Below, in pieces: positions 36,291-45,478 of a stretch of DNA of 64,000 nucleotides (its first letter is position 1; every line of letters starts with the position of its first letter). The stretch comes from a virus. Both the position numbers and the translations under genes were made by a program. The stretch is taken from positions 1 to 64,000 of the IMG/VR virus record IMGVR_UViG_3300037520_000900; one strand, 5' to 3'. The notes below the pieces were generated by a model. That model was not told the DNA's origin, searched no databases, and saw only the letters and a list, made by a program, of their open reading frames with translations.

Positions 36291-39187
36291 TCAAAAACTA
36301 AAGACATTAAATCTCCATCTTCATCAAATTCATATAGTTCTTCATCACCAACCTTATTTTTAGAAACTCTAGTTTTCATTAGTTCCATATTACTATTAAC
36401 ATAATCGGTATTAACTAAATTAATAGTGTCGTCAATATACATGTAGTATGGATCAATACCTACAGATTGCCAAAATGATATTTCCATATCGGATAACGTT
36501 AAAACCTCATCTAAATTATCTTGATCTTTTTCTTTCATTGGGTAACCTCTACCTAACTCTGTTTGTGATTTAGTGAATATTGGTTGGTCTTTTGGATCCT
36601 CAATTAAAATGTCTTTTCTAATATCAGGACTATAAACAACAAGTAATGGTTCAATTCTTTTATTAAATGCCGCCAAATATCTCGGAACATTGTACTCACC
36701 TAATAAGTCGGGGTTATTTTCAATTTCTTTTTCATCAATCAAATAACAATTTAGAATCACTTCACTTTTTGATAACATTTCAGGTGGTATTGCTCCGTGA
36801 ATTTTTGTATAATCCTCGATTTGTTTTTTAGTCATTTTTGTAGTTTTTTTCTGAACATCACCATGTGATTTCTTTTCACCATTATTAACATAATAAATGG
36901 TGTCACCTAAACCTGGTTTTTTTCCTGCGTTCATTAAAAGTTCCATATGTGCCTGTCTTGACATTAAACTTCCCGCCTTTGTTGTTTTTGTTATGTGAAC
37001 TTTATAATCATCTATTGATTGTTTAACACGAGACTTGTTTGCAATTTTTGCCAATGGTATTTCTCTATTATAAATTTTACTTACGTACTCATAATAGAAA
37101 TCTAAAAATTCACCACCCTTACCGTCGAGTAACATTCTAAGACCCTTATCCAAAAATTCAGCAACGTATGTTTGAAGTTTTTTAGATTTAATTGAGTTAC
37201 CCGTAAGTTTAACTTTACCTTTATCTGTGAGAAGTGCGTAGTTTTTACGAGCCACGTTAATTGTTGCTGGCCATACACCATCAATATCAAGACCCATTTC
37301 GTTTCTCATAAATAAGTCATTGTATTCTGCAACATCAGCTTCTGCACCTGTATAAACCTCACCCTCATTTACTAACCCATTAAGACCTTTACCCACATAC
37401 GTATAGTTTTCTCTATCAACAGGAGTTTCAAAGTTTACACCATCGGTATCCATTACCAAAGGAACATAACCTCGTTTCATAAAATACATAATCATCTGTC
37501 TAAGGTACTGTCTACCGGTACACGTAATCTGTTCTCCCATGTCGATGTCACCCCACGGGAATACGTGTGGAGCAGATAATGATCCAAAGAATGCGTTGAT
37601 AAAGATTTTGATTGGTAACTGTTTTCTGTCGTATGAGACAGAAAGTTTCGGATCCGTTTTTTTAAATTCACTTGCTAAGTTTTTATATTTTATACGAGTA
37701 TCTCTAAAGTACTTTAACATACTCTTCATCGCTCCTGTCACATCACAAGCAGGGAATACGTCATGAACTAATTGAATAGAGGGGTATAGTGACGAGTAAT
37801 CGAGTTTTAATACCTTTCTTGAGTATCCAACCTGAACTAATCTAGAAAGTCCACCCGTAAACTTTCTCTTTTCTTTTTTCTTAGGTAGTGCTAAATTGTT
37901 TTTATATGACCACGCACACATAATCATTTTCCATAATGTTGCGGTACCCATGGTTGAAAGTCTTTCATATGTTGTTGGTACAAGTTTAGAAAGTAAAAAG
38001 TTTGCTTGATTGAACTGTTCGTCAACAACCATTGTTTCATAAAGGTCATCATCAAGGTAGTCTTCAATTATTTTTGAACCCGATGTTAGTTTATAGACAT
38101 CAGTTCTTCTTGAACAAACCTCATCTATTTTTTCATTAATACCTACTTTTTTATAGTTACCATTTTCTATATTCATCCAATAGTCCTCATTGTCAAAATA
38201 TATTTTACCAATCTTATCACCTTCAACATAAACACGATTTTCTTTTTCTGCCTCAATAAACTTTGTAATGTATTTCAATGACCAACTCTTAATGTCTGAG
38301 TTGATTGCTTGTGCTCTACGAACCGCATGTGCAATGTCCACAATGTTATAACCCCACATTTGAGTTTGAACATAAGGTTCCATCTCATTTGCTAACTTTA
38401 AAATTCCATCTTTTTGTTTTAATGAATAATCGGGATTTAAAGTTTTAGATATTTTTTTAATGTTTAGATTTAAAATTTCAGCCCGTTTTAAAATAAACGG
38501 GAAGTCAAAGAAGGCTGAATTGTAACCACCAATAAGAGAAGGTTTTAATTCGTCAATGGTTTTGAAAAACTCAATAATCATTTGTCTTTCTTCATCTTCA
38601 TTTTGTGCTGATAGTAATTTTAGAAAACCACGATTATCTTTCATCCCTATCAAGAACATTTTACTTGTCTTTGGATCTAAACCTGTGGTCTCGATATCGA
38701 ATACAAATCTGTGGATTTCGTCATACTCATCAAACCCTTTAAATAGTCTTTTACTTTTTTGGATGAGGTATTGTTCTACGGGTGATAGTATTGTGATACA
38801 ATCTGAATTATCTCTTCCCCATGGATCAAGACCACCACCTTTAAAAAAGTTTACAAGGTTTGAATATGATTTTGTTGTTTTTACTAAGAACGTCAACCCA
38901 TTCTTTAATCTTTCATCTCCGTGATCTTCTAATTTTTCTATAATGATGCCGTTTTCAGACATCGCTTTCTTTTGAAAGTCTTTGTTACCCTTATAAAAGT
39001 TTTTACTTCTAAGATCTCCAACCCAAGCAAATGGAATAAATGTATCCATTCTCAAAAGTTTACCTTTGATTGGGTCTTGTATTACTTTAAATATTTTATC
39101 TGATTTGTAATCGTATTCAATTGCGACAATGTATTTCTCGTCGTCTTCGCCATGTAAAAAGCGTTCGATTTCTTCTTGTGGAACCAT
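36287..39187 (-). CDS. Family B DNA polymerase
   Basis: Exonuclease FDIETTG and GYNSAFFDFP; polymerase LDYSSLYPS, KIFINAFFG, MDTDG, KNYA. Confidence 0.93.
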   Translation of the reverse strand: MVPQEEIERFLHGEDDEKYIVAIEYDYKSDKIFKVIQDPIKGKLLRMDTFIPFAWVGDLRSKNFYKGNKDFQKKAMSENGIIIEKLEDHGDERLKNGLTFLVKTTKSYSNLVNFFKGGGLDPWGRDNSDCITILSPVEQYLIQKSKRLFKGFDEYDEIHRFVFDIETTGLDPKTSKMFLIGMKDNRGFLKLLSAQNEDEERQMIIEFFKTIDELKPSLIGGYNSAFFDFPFILKRAEILNLNIKKISKTLNPDYSLKQKDGILKLANEMEPYVQTQMWGYNIVDIAHAVRRAQAINSDIKSWSLKYITKFIEAEKENRVYVEGDKIGKIYFDNEDYWMNIENGNYKKVGINEKIDEVCSRRTDVYKLTSGSKIIEDYLDDDLYETMVVDEQFNQANFLLSKLVPTTYERLSTMGTATLWKMIMCAWSYKNNLALPKKKEKRKFTGGLSRLVQVGYSRKVLKLDYSSLYPSIQLVHDVFPACDVTGAMKSMLKYFRDTRIKYKNLASEFKKTDPKLSVSYDRKQLPIKIFINAFFGSLSAPHVFPWGDIDMGEQITCTGRQYLRQMIMYFMKRGYVPLVMDTDGVNFETPVDRENYTYVGKGLNGLVNEGEVYTGAEADVAEYNDLFMRNEMGLDIDGVWPATINVARKNYALLTDKGKVKLTGNSIKSKKLQTYVAEFLDKGLRMLLDGKGGEFLDFYYEYVSKIYNREIPLAKIANKSRVKQSIDDYKVHITKTTKAGSLMSRQAHMELLMNAGKKPGLGDTIYYVNNGEKKSHGDVQKKTTKMTKKQIEDYTKIHGAIPPEMLSKSEVILNCYLIDEKEIENNPDLLGEYNVPRYLAAFNKRIEPLLVVYSPDIRKDILIEDPKDQPIFTKSQTELGRGYPMKEKDQDNLDEVLTLSDMEISFWQSVGIDPYYMYIDDTINLVNTDYVNSNMELMKTRVSKNKVGDEELYEFDEDGDLMSLVFD

Positions 39188-39250
39188 ATTTGTATTTTTT
39201 AAGTTTGGTGTATTAGCTGTTACTCATAGGTAACATTTACCTTCGTCTTA

Positions 39251-39279
39251 AATATAAGAGTAAACCTTACTCTTGTCAA
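39251..39279 (-). promoter_or_regulatory. Sigma70-type promoter TTGACA-17-TATATT for the polymerase, with palindromic spacer
   Basis: Minus strand TTGACA AGAGTAAGGTTTACTCT TATATT. Confidence 0.7.
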
Positions 39280-39629
39280 ATAATATTGATATAAAGATTT
39301 TCTCTAATTGGGCCTATTAGTTCTCCGTTTGATAACTCAATTAAAAATTCTCCGATGAATCTACCTTTTTTTGAGGTGTCTTTTCCTCTCCACTTGTAGT
39401 AAATATAATATTCTCTTGGTGAGTCGGGATTTCTTCTTTCTTTTTCTGTGATGTATGCCGGTCTCATAAATATTTTTTGGATCCCGTCATTTTCACTTTT
39501 CATAGAAAATCTAATGGTTGCATTGTCCAATATGGAATAAAAATCTTTCCAAGAGTCAGTTCTTCCGTCTCTTACGACATCCATTTTTAAAATGGGTAAA
39601 TTACTATTTTGTTTTATAAAGAATTCCAT
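39276..39629 (-). CDS. Virion structural protein, BppU N-terminal-like
   Basis: FFIKQNSNLPIL...ATIRFSM...YYKW...DT...GRFIGEF. Confidence 0.55.
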   Translation of the reverse strand: MEFFIKQNSNLPILKMDVVRDGRTDSWKDFYSILDNATIRFSMKSENDGIQKIFMRPAYITEKERRNPDSPREYYIYYKWRGKDTSKKGRFIGEFLIELSNGELIGPIRENLYINII

Positions 39630-39652
39630 TTAATATGAATAATTATTTTTTA

Positions 39653-40342
39653 TTATCCTACCCACCTTGCTTGGAACCAAGACCTTGAGTCGTATTGTGC
39701 TCTTGATAATGATGCTCCACCAACATTTATAATGCTTATATAATCAGTTGAACCGTTTAGATATACAATTTTTGTTATCTGTTGAGCCACCGCATCAAAA
39801 GAACCTGCAGCCGCAACGATGTCGGTATTTTTCTTAATTGCCATACTTGCTTCACTATTTCTATAAACATCATAAGTTGCGGTAATTTCCCAATAACCGG
39901 ACTTTTGTGGTGTAAATCTATAAGTTGAAGTATTGAACCAACCGCTTGGTACGTTGACTGTATTATTTACAATACTATATCTACAAGTATCATCAGTAAA
40001 ACCACCTGGTAAGGTGTAAGTCACATCTGCATACGCTTCAAGTAAATAAAGAGTAGGCACGGAACCGGTTCCACCTGTATATGCTGTTGTTTGTATCGTA
40101 TCATCAGGAAAAGTCATACCTGTTGGAGAAAAACTCCATGCGGTCCCAATTCCATCAGAAAAGTTAATGTTCACGTTTGTCGGATTAGACACTACCGCAC
40201 TACCTGGGGCGGATGGTCCGCTACTTATTGAGTCAGGAGTTGGTATGTTTGAATAACTTGTTGCTGATAAAATACCGTTAACCGTAAGATCTCCTGTAAT
40301 TGTTTGTCCTGAAACATTATCTACAATATACTTTGTACTCAT
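39653..40342 (-). CDS. Short fibre protein with C1q/TNF-like tip
   Basis: FNTSTYRFTPQKSGYWEI, IVYLNGSTDYI are C1q-like; N-terminus shared with neighbour. Confidence 0.65.
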   Translation of the reverse strand: MSTKYIVDNVSGQTITGDLTVNGILSATSYSNIPTPDSISSGPSAPGSAVVSNPTNVNINFSDGIGTAWSFSPTGMTFPDDTIQTTAYTGGTGSVPTLYLLEAYADVTYTLPGGFTDDTCRYSIVNNTVNVPSGWFNTSTYRFTPQKSGYWEITATYDVYRNSEASMAIKKNTDIVAAAGSFDAVAQQITKIVYLNGSTDYISIINVGGASLSRAQYDSRSWFQARWVG

Positions 40343-40868
40343 TTTGCTTGTACTTCTCTTTTAGAATTTATTCTATTTTGTTTTATAAAAAATTACATTA
40401 GTTGTATACTCTTATTTCTATTGATGTTATAATGTCATTCCCACCAATACCATCAGCTGATGATCCGGGCTCTACTGAGTTATTTGAGTATAATAATAAT
40501 CTATCATCACTCATCCATCTTGCAATACTTAATCTTCCTTTAGGTTGACCGTTGCCCCAAATTTGTGTATGTACTAATGTCTTGTTTTGGGTAAATTCAT
40601 TATTTGAACTAGTTATACGATATGTGCCTTGAGTTTCTCTTAAAAATGTTATTGACCCCGTAAAAGTACTTTCAAGAACAGTTGGATTAGGATCTCCACT
40701 TCCTGTTAATTGTGTTAACAAAGCAGTATATACTTTATATTTTGGTGTTATACTATTACCACTTACATAAAGAGTTGTTGCGGATATACTACCATTAATT
40801 GTAAGATCTCCTGTAATTGTTTGTCCTGAAACATTATCTACAATATACTTTGTACTCATTTTGCTTGT
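40284..40868. repeat. 68-bp perfect direct repeat (40284-40351 and 40801-40868) plus in-register 16-bp match (40366-40381 and 40883-40898)
   Basis: gtaagatctcctgtaattgtttgtcctgaaacattatctacaatatactttgtactcattttgcttgt twice, 517 bp apart. Confidence 0.95.
40398..40859 (-). CDS. Short fibre/decoration protein with alternative C-terminal domain
   Basis: Same first 20 aa as 39653-40342; YKVYTALLTQ...SIEIRVYN domain. Confidence 0.65.
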   Translation of the reverse strand: MSTKYIVDNVSGQTITGDLTINGSISATTLYVSGNSITPKYKVYTALLTQLTGSGDPNPTVLESTFTGSITFLRETQGTYRITSSNNEFTQNKTLVHTQIWGNGQPKGRLSIARWMSDDRLLLYSNNSVEPGSSADGIGGNDIITSIEIRVYN

Positions 40869-41683
40869 TCTTGACTTTGTGGATTTATTCTATTTTGTAT
40901 AATACTATTATAGTTATCTTTTATATTTTTTTGTTTAAAATCTTGATAACTAACGTTATTTATTATTTCATCTCTATTAGTGGTAAAAGATGCCCTTTTT
41001 AATACTTCTGTTGTTGTTGTTGCACTAAAATTATTTGAATCTACAACCATGATACCTAAAGCCCCAGTACTATCACCGACATATAGAGTTGACCCCTCGA
41101 TCCTTACGTTTTCAACCTGGTTATCGTCTGAAATAAAATATGTAAAAGGTTCGGTGTAATCACCAGATATACTTAAAACATCTCCTTTATCTAGTCCGTA
41201 ACTATTATTAATTAATATTTCTCTGTCAAAAGACACTGAGAATCCTCCTTGACATCCAAGACAATTATTATACTCAGATACAAGTCGTGAGGATGAGATT
41301 TCTAAATCCTCAGAAGTTAACCCAATAAACTCATAACAACCCTCAATTTCGGATATGCTTCCAGAAAAAACCTTACCTACTATTGGTAGAGTTTCAAACC
41401 CTATGGGTGACACGTAATAGTTAATTTCAGTCAAACAATTTCTAAAAATTAATTTAAAATTATTTTTATCCAAACAGTCCACACAATCTAAAGAATCTCC
41501 AAAAATTTGATAGTTTTGAAACTGATCGGTTTCTTCAACTGCACTATAACATCCTGTAATTTCACCACCAGGACCAGGTGTTCCCGCAGGTAAAACACTG
41601 CCGGTTTGTAACTGATTTTTTTTATCATTTACTATTTTAGTATCAGTAGGGTCTAAACAATTTTGTATTTTCCAATTTGCCAT
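40856..41683 (-). CDS. Cys-rich probable virion protein
   Basis: Two NCL...GCY...C..C units; in the fibre gene cluster. Confidence 0.6.
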   Translation of the reverse strand: MANWKIQNCLDPTDTKIVNDKKNQLQTGSVLPAGTPGPGGEITGCYSAVEETDQFQNYQIFGDSLDCVDCLDKNNFKLIFRNCLTEINYYVSPIGFETLPIVGKVFSGSISEIEGCYEFIGLTSEDLEISSSRLVSEYNNCLGCQGGFSVSFDREILINNSYGLDKGDVLSISGDYTEPFTYFISDDNQVENVRIEGSTLYVGDSTGALGIMVVDSNNFSATTTTEVLKRASFTTNRDEIINNVSYQDFKQKNIKDNYNSIIQNRINPQSQEQAK

Positions 41684-41696
41684 AATATTTTATTTT

Positions 41697-44600
41697 TTAA
41701 TCTGTTATATCTACAATATTTAATACGTCAGCTGAATCGTAATAAGATAATCTAGGTGCACCATCTTGTCTACCGAATATCGTACAATTATATCCACCAT
41801 AAACGTGTGTTGCTGGACCACTAGTAAAATCAAAAGCCTCAACACCAAATTCCACTGTATTATAACGGAAATCATCACCAACTGTATTTTGATGAAAATT
41901 ATCGGTTGTAATTCTATTATTGAAAAATCCCGTCCCAACAGTATTGTCATAAAAGTAGTAACCAATAAAGTTAGAACCGAAATTATTACCAACACTGTTA
42001 TTGTTAAATGCAAAGCCTATTTCATTACTGTAAAAGTTAATACCAATGTTATTGTTATTAAAACCACCACCAATGTTATTACCATAGAAAGGACCATCAG
42101 TAGTATTATTGTTAAACCTGTTACCTATTTGGTTATTTTGAAATTCGGCAAATCCAGAGACATCGTTTATTACATTATTAAAAAATTCATTTCCTATGTC
42201 ATTTCTTCTAAAAATTGCGTCAGTGGTATTGTTGTAAAACTCATCACCAATTAAGTTATCGATGAAGTTATTATTAATTACATTACCTCCAGCATTATTT
42301 GATGTATCGTTCCCAAAATAATTTCCAATTTTGTTATTTGTGAAAACCCCATCAATTACATTTTCAGTACCTGAACCACCATTACCAAAATAGTGACCAA
42401 TATCGTTATTTTCAAAAGTATTATTTATAGTATTAAACGCCATATAATTACCAATCTTATTAGAAACAAAATCAGAAGATATTGTATTTCCTACACATAC
42501 ATTTGATATATTGTTATCGACAAAATTTGGATTTAAGATGTTGAATATAAAATCATTTCCGATTTTATTATTTGTTGTGTTTGTGTCTGTTATATTAAAA
42601 GTAAAATTATCACCTATAACATTTCCAGAAAAACCATTATTAATTAAATTACCTCCGTCGACACCTAAATAATTTCCAAAGTTATTTCCGATTACGTTTG
42701 ATTTAAAGTCGTCAAAAATTTGATTGGTTAAACCTGGTGACCCAAAACCATTATTTCCAAAATTATCTGCAATTGTATTTTTTTGAAAGTTTAGTCCTAT
42801 TGTGTTATTAAAGAAATAATTACCAATTCTATTACTTTCAAAAGCATCGTCTATAGAATTACTTTGGAAATTGTTTTGAATTAAATTGTTTTCAAAATTG
42901 ATCCCTATAGTGTTATCTTGAAAATAATTCCCAATTACATTACTGTACATGTATTGACCAATAGTGTTATTTTGAAATCTGTCTCCTATTCTATTTCCGT
43001 ATTCTAATGATCCTCCATAACCAAAATCACTATCTATTATGTTATTATTAAAATAAGAACCAATTATATTATACGCAAATCTTTCACCATTATTTGATTG
43101 TGTGTAGATTGAGTTCCATTCGGTGTCACCAGGACCTGGCCAACCACCACCGAATGGAGGTGTATCAGTTATTGTATTATATAACCCACCTTGACCGTCT
43201 CTTGTTATTTCTACAACACCAGAAACAATAACATCTACTTCTGAACCATAATTAGTTTTAGTAAAAATAACGAATGAACCTATGTTATTACCATTTGAAT
43301 CTATTTCTTGTCTTTCGTATTGGAATCCGCCACCATTTCCTCCTTGTGTCCATTGTGTAAATTTAATTTTAAAATATTGTTGTGTTGATATAACTCTCAT
43401 CACAAGTTCTTTACCTAAAATATAATTACCAACATTATTATCAAGTGAAACTCTTAATGTATCATATGTTCTTGTTGATACTGTTGATAAGTCATTCCAC
43501 CCAAATAAATCTGAGTTAGAAGGCCTATTGTTTTCAAAATAAGTACCGACTGTATTAGTCCTAAAACCACTACTAATTATATTATCGTTAAAATAATAAT
43601 CAGTCGTGTTATTAGAAAAATCATCATATATAATATTTTCATTAAACCCATTACCAATATTATTTAAACCAAAATAGTTACCGGTTGTGTTATTGTTAAA
43701 TCCATTTAAAATGGTATTACCAATAAATTCACCATTAATTTCATTTGATTGGAAGTTTGTACCAACTTGATTATTTTGGAAATCTCGTCTAATTGTGTTA
43801 TTATTAAAATTATTACGAATATAATTTCTATAAAAATCAAAATTACCATAGTTAGCAAAGTCACCAATTGTGTTGCTATTAAAGTTATCTAATACTTCAT
43901 TTTTGTAAAAATCAGGATAAATCGTGTTACCATTAAATTCATTAGCAATTAGGTTATCATAAAATTGTGAAAATATTTCGTTATCATAAAATCCATGACC
44001 AATTGAATTATAATTAAAATTTCCATCAATAACATTATTATAAAAACCGTTTCTAATTTTGTTATCCCCAAAGTCGCTGTATATGGTGTTATCATTAAAT
44101 CCGACACATATTTGGTTATCAACGAAATTGCTGTTATTAAAGATTTTATTATTATTAAAATTATCTCCAATTACATTATCATTAAAATCGTCACAGATTA
44201 TTAAATTATTTCTGAAATTAGCGGCTATTTGATTATCAGTGAAATCCCAACCATTATAAATTGTATTATTCTCAAACTCGTCTCCTATAACATTATGTTC
44301 AACATCACTACTAAATGTGTTATTTATAAACTCGTTACCTATTCTGTTTCCAATTACGTCCTCACCAAAGACATTATTTGGTAATAAAAAATCATGCTCA
44401 CTCCAGTTTCTAAATATTGCAACATCTCCAATGTAATTTGAAATTATATCTTCATCTCCAAATAAGAATGTAGGATGTTCTGTGTATTGAATTGATATAT
44501 TATTTTGTTTATAGGTAAGTCCTGATCTTTGTGCAGGATAAAAACTAGCACCTGCCGAAACAGTGGGTATAGTTAATCCACTTACCACCATACTCGTGTC

Positions 44601-45455
44601 ACCAGATATTGATACAATTTCAAAGAAAGTCACATTTGTATCAGGAATCGCTATGTGGTCACCAACATTATAATTTGAAAATTTAGTTTCTCTACCTATT
44701 ACTTCACCTGTATTTTCAATTAGTTCAATCGTTCCTTCAGCAATATTGTTTTCTTTATAATAGTAGTTATCGTACCTTCTAAACAAAACTGATCTATGAT
44801 CATAATCAGTTCTATTACTAAACTCATCTATTCTTTCAGTGATTCTACCTTTTGCTTGACCCAAAGTAACTTCTGTTTGATTCCATGACCAATCATATTT
44901 TATTTTATCTTTTGGATATGTTGGTTGGTAAGCAATATTACTTATTGTGTTCGCACTTGTTGATAGAACAACGATTGGTTCTATAGGTCCTTGTTTGTAA
45001 TTGCCCGTAGTAATTGCACTACCCGCAAAGTTATAATCAGGTTGGTCATAACAAGTTTGAAAATCATTGATTAGATAATACGAACCTGGGTTTAATGTTC
45101 CACCTGTAATTAAATTATATAATTCACTATATGTTACAGAACTATAATTAGTTGTTGCAACACCAGTAAGATTAGAGCCATCCCCAAATAAGGTGGTGGC
45201 ACTAAAAGTACTTGCACTTAAACCATTATTAAAAATAGTATCTCCCGATACAGTACCACCTGTAAATGTACCACCGGTATTTATCACCACAGATTTTGTT
45301 CCACCTGTTGGGTTTGTTATTGTTAAAGTATTTGCAGAATAAGTAAGACCTGAAACACCTACCCCTTGCAAATAATAAAGGTTATTGTCCATGTCAGAAA
45401 AAGTAAGTTTACTACCCTTAGCATCTGGACCTATTTGTCTTGTAATTAATCCCAT
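41697..45455 (-). CDS. Tail fibre/spike with long Asn-rich 11-aa beta-solenoid repeats
   Basis: KGSKLTFSDMDNNL fibre-type N-terminus; dozens of N.IG..F..N. repeats. Confidence 0.75.
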   Translation of the reverse strand: MGLITRQIGPDAKGSKLTFSDMDNNLYYLQGVGVSGLTYSANTLTITNPTGGTKSVVINTGGTFTGGTVSGDTIFNNGLSASTFSATTLFGDGSNLTGVATTNYSSVTYSELYNLITGGTLNPGSYYLINDFQTCYDQPDYNFAGSAITTGNYKQGPIEPIVVLSTSANTISNIAYQPTYPKDKIKYDWSWNQTEVTLGQAKGRITERIDEFSNRTDYDHRSVLFRRYDNYYYKENNIAEGTIELIENTGEVIGRETKFSNYNVGDHIAIPDTNVTFFEIVSISGDTSMVVSGLTIPTVSAGASFYPAQRSGLTYKQNNISIQYTEHPTFLFGDEDIISNYIGDVAIFRNWSEHDFLLPNNVFGEDVIGNRIGNEFINNTFSSDVEHNVIGDEFENNTIYNGWDFTDNQIAANFRNNLIICDDFNDNVIGDNFNNNKIFNNSNFVDNQICVGFNDNTIYSDFGDNKIRNGFYNNVIDGNFNYNSIGHGFYDNEIFSQFYDNLIANEFNGNTIYPDFYKNEVLDNFNSNTIGDFANYGNFDFYRNYIRNNFNNNTIRRDFQNNQVGTNFQSNEINGEFIGNTILNGFNNNTTGNYFGLNNIGNGFNENIIYDDFSNNTTDYYFNDNIISSGFRTNTVGTYFENNRPSNSDLFGWNDLSTVSTRTYDTLRVSLDNNVGNYILGKELVMRVISTQQYFKIKFTQWTQGGNGGGFQYERQEIDSNGNNIGSFVIFTKTNYGSEVDVIVSGVVEITRDGQGGLYNTITDTPPFGGGWPGPGDTEWNSIYTQSNNGERFAYNIIGSYFNNNIIDSDFGYGGSLEYGNRIGDRFQNNTIGQYMYSNVIGNYFQDNTIGINFENNLIQNNFQSNSIDDAFESNRIGNYFFNNTIGLNFQKNTIADNFGNNGFGSPGLTNQIFDDFKSNVIGNNFGNYLGVDGGNLINNGFSGNVIGDNFTFNITDTNTTNNKIGNDFIFNILNPNFVDNNISNVCVGNTISSDFVSNKIGNYMAFNTINNTFENNDIGHYFGNGGSGTENVIDGVFTNNKIGNYFGNDTSNNAGGNVINNNFIDNLIGDEFYNNTTDAIFRRNDIGNEFFNNVINDVSGFAEFQNNQIGNRFNNNTTDGPFYGNNIGGGFNNNNIGINFYSNEIGFAFNNNSVGNNFGSNFIGYYFYDNTVGTGFFNNRITTDNFHQNTVGDDFRYNTVEFGVEAFDFTSGPATHVYGGYNCTIFGRQDGAPRLSYYDSADVLNIVDITD

Positions 45456-45478
45456 TTTTTATTTAATAAATATAAAGT

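Noticed and set aside
1-39187. Inteins, introns or homing endonucleases in nrdJ, helicase, recombinase or polB
   Set aside because: Motifs are contiguous and lengths ordinary; no intein termini or endonuclease motifs seen
39195-39245. Fluoride (crcB) riboswitch-like GCUAAU...ACACC element in the polB leader
   Set aside because: The conserved GAUGG 5' segment and pseudoknot partner are absent; resemblance is superficial
40284-45455. Possible diversity-generating retroelement (repeat pair plus Asn-rich gene)
   Set aside because: The repeat is identical and at gene 5' ends rather than showing adenine-specific mismatches at a 3' end; no reverse transcriptase in the window
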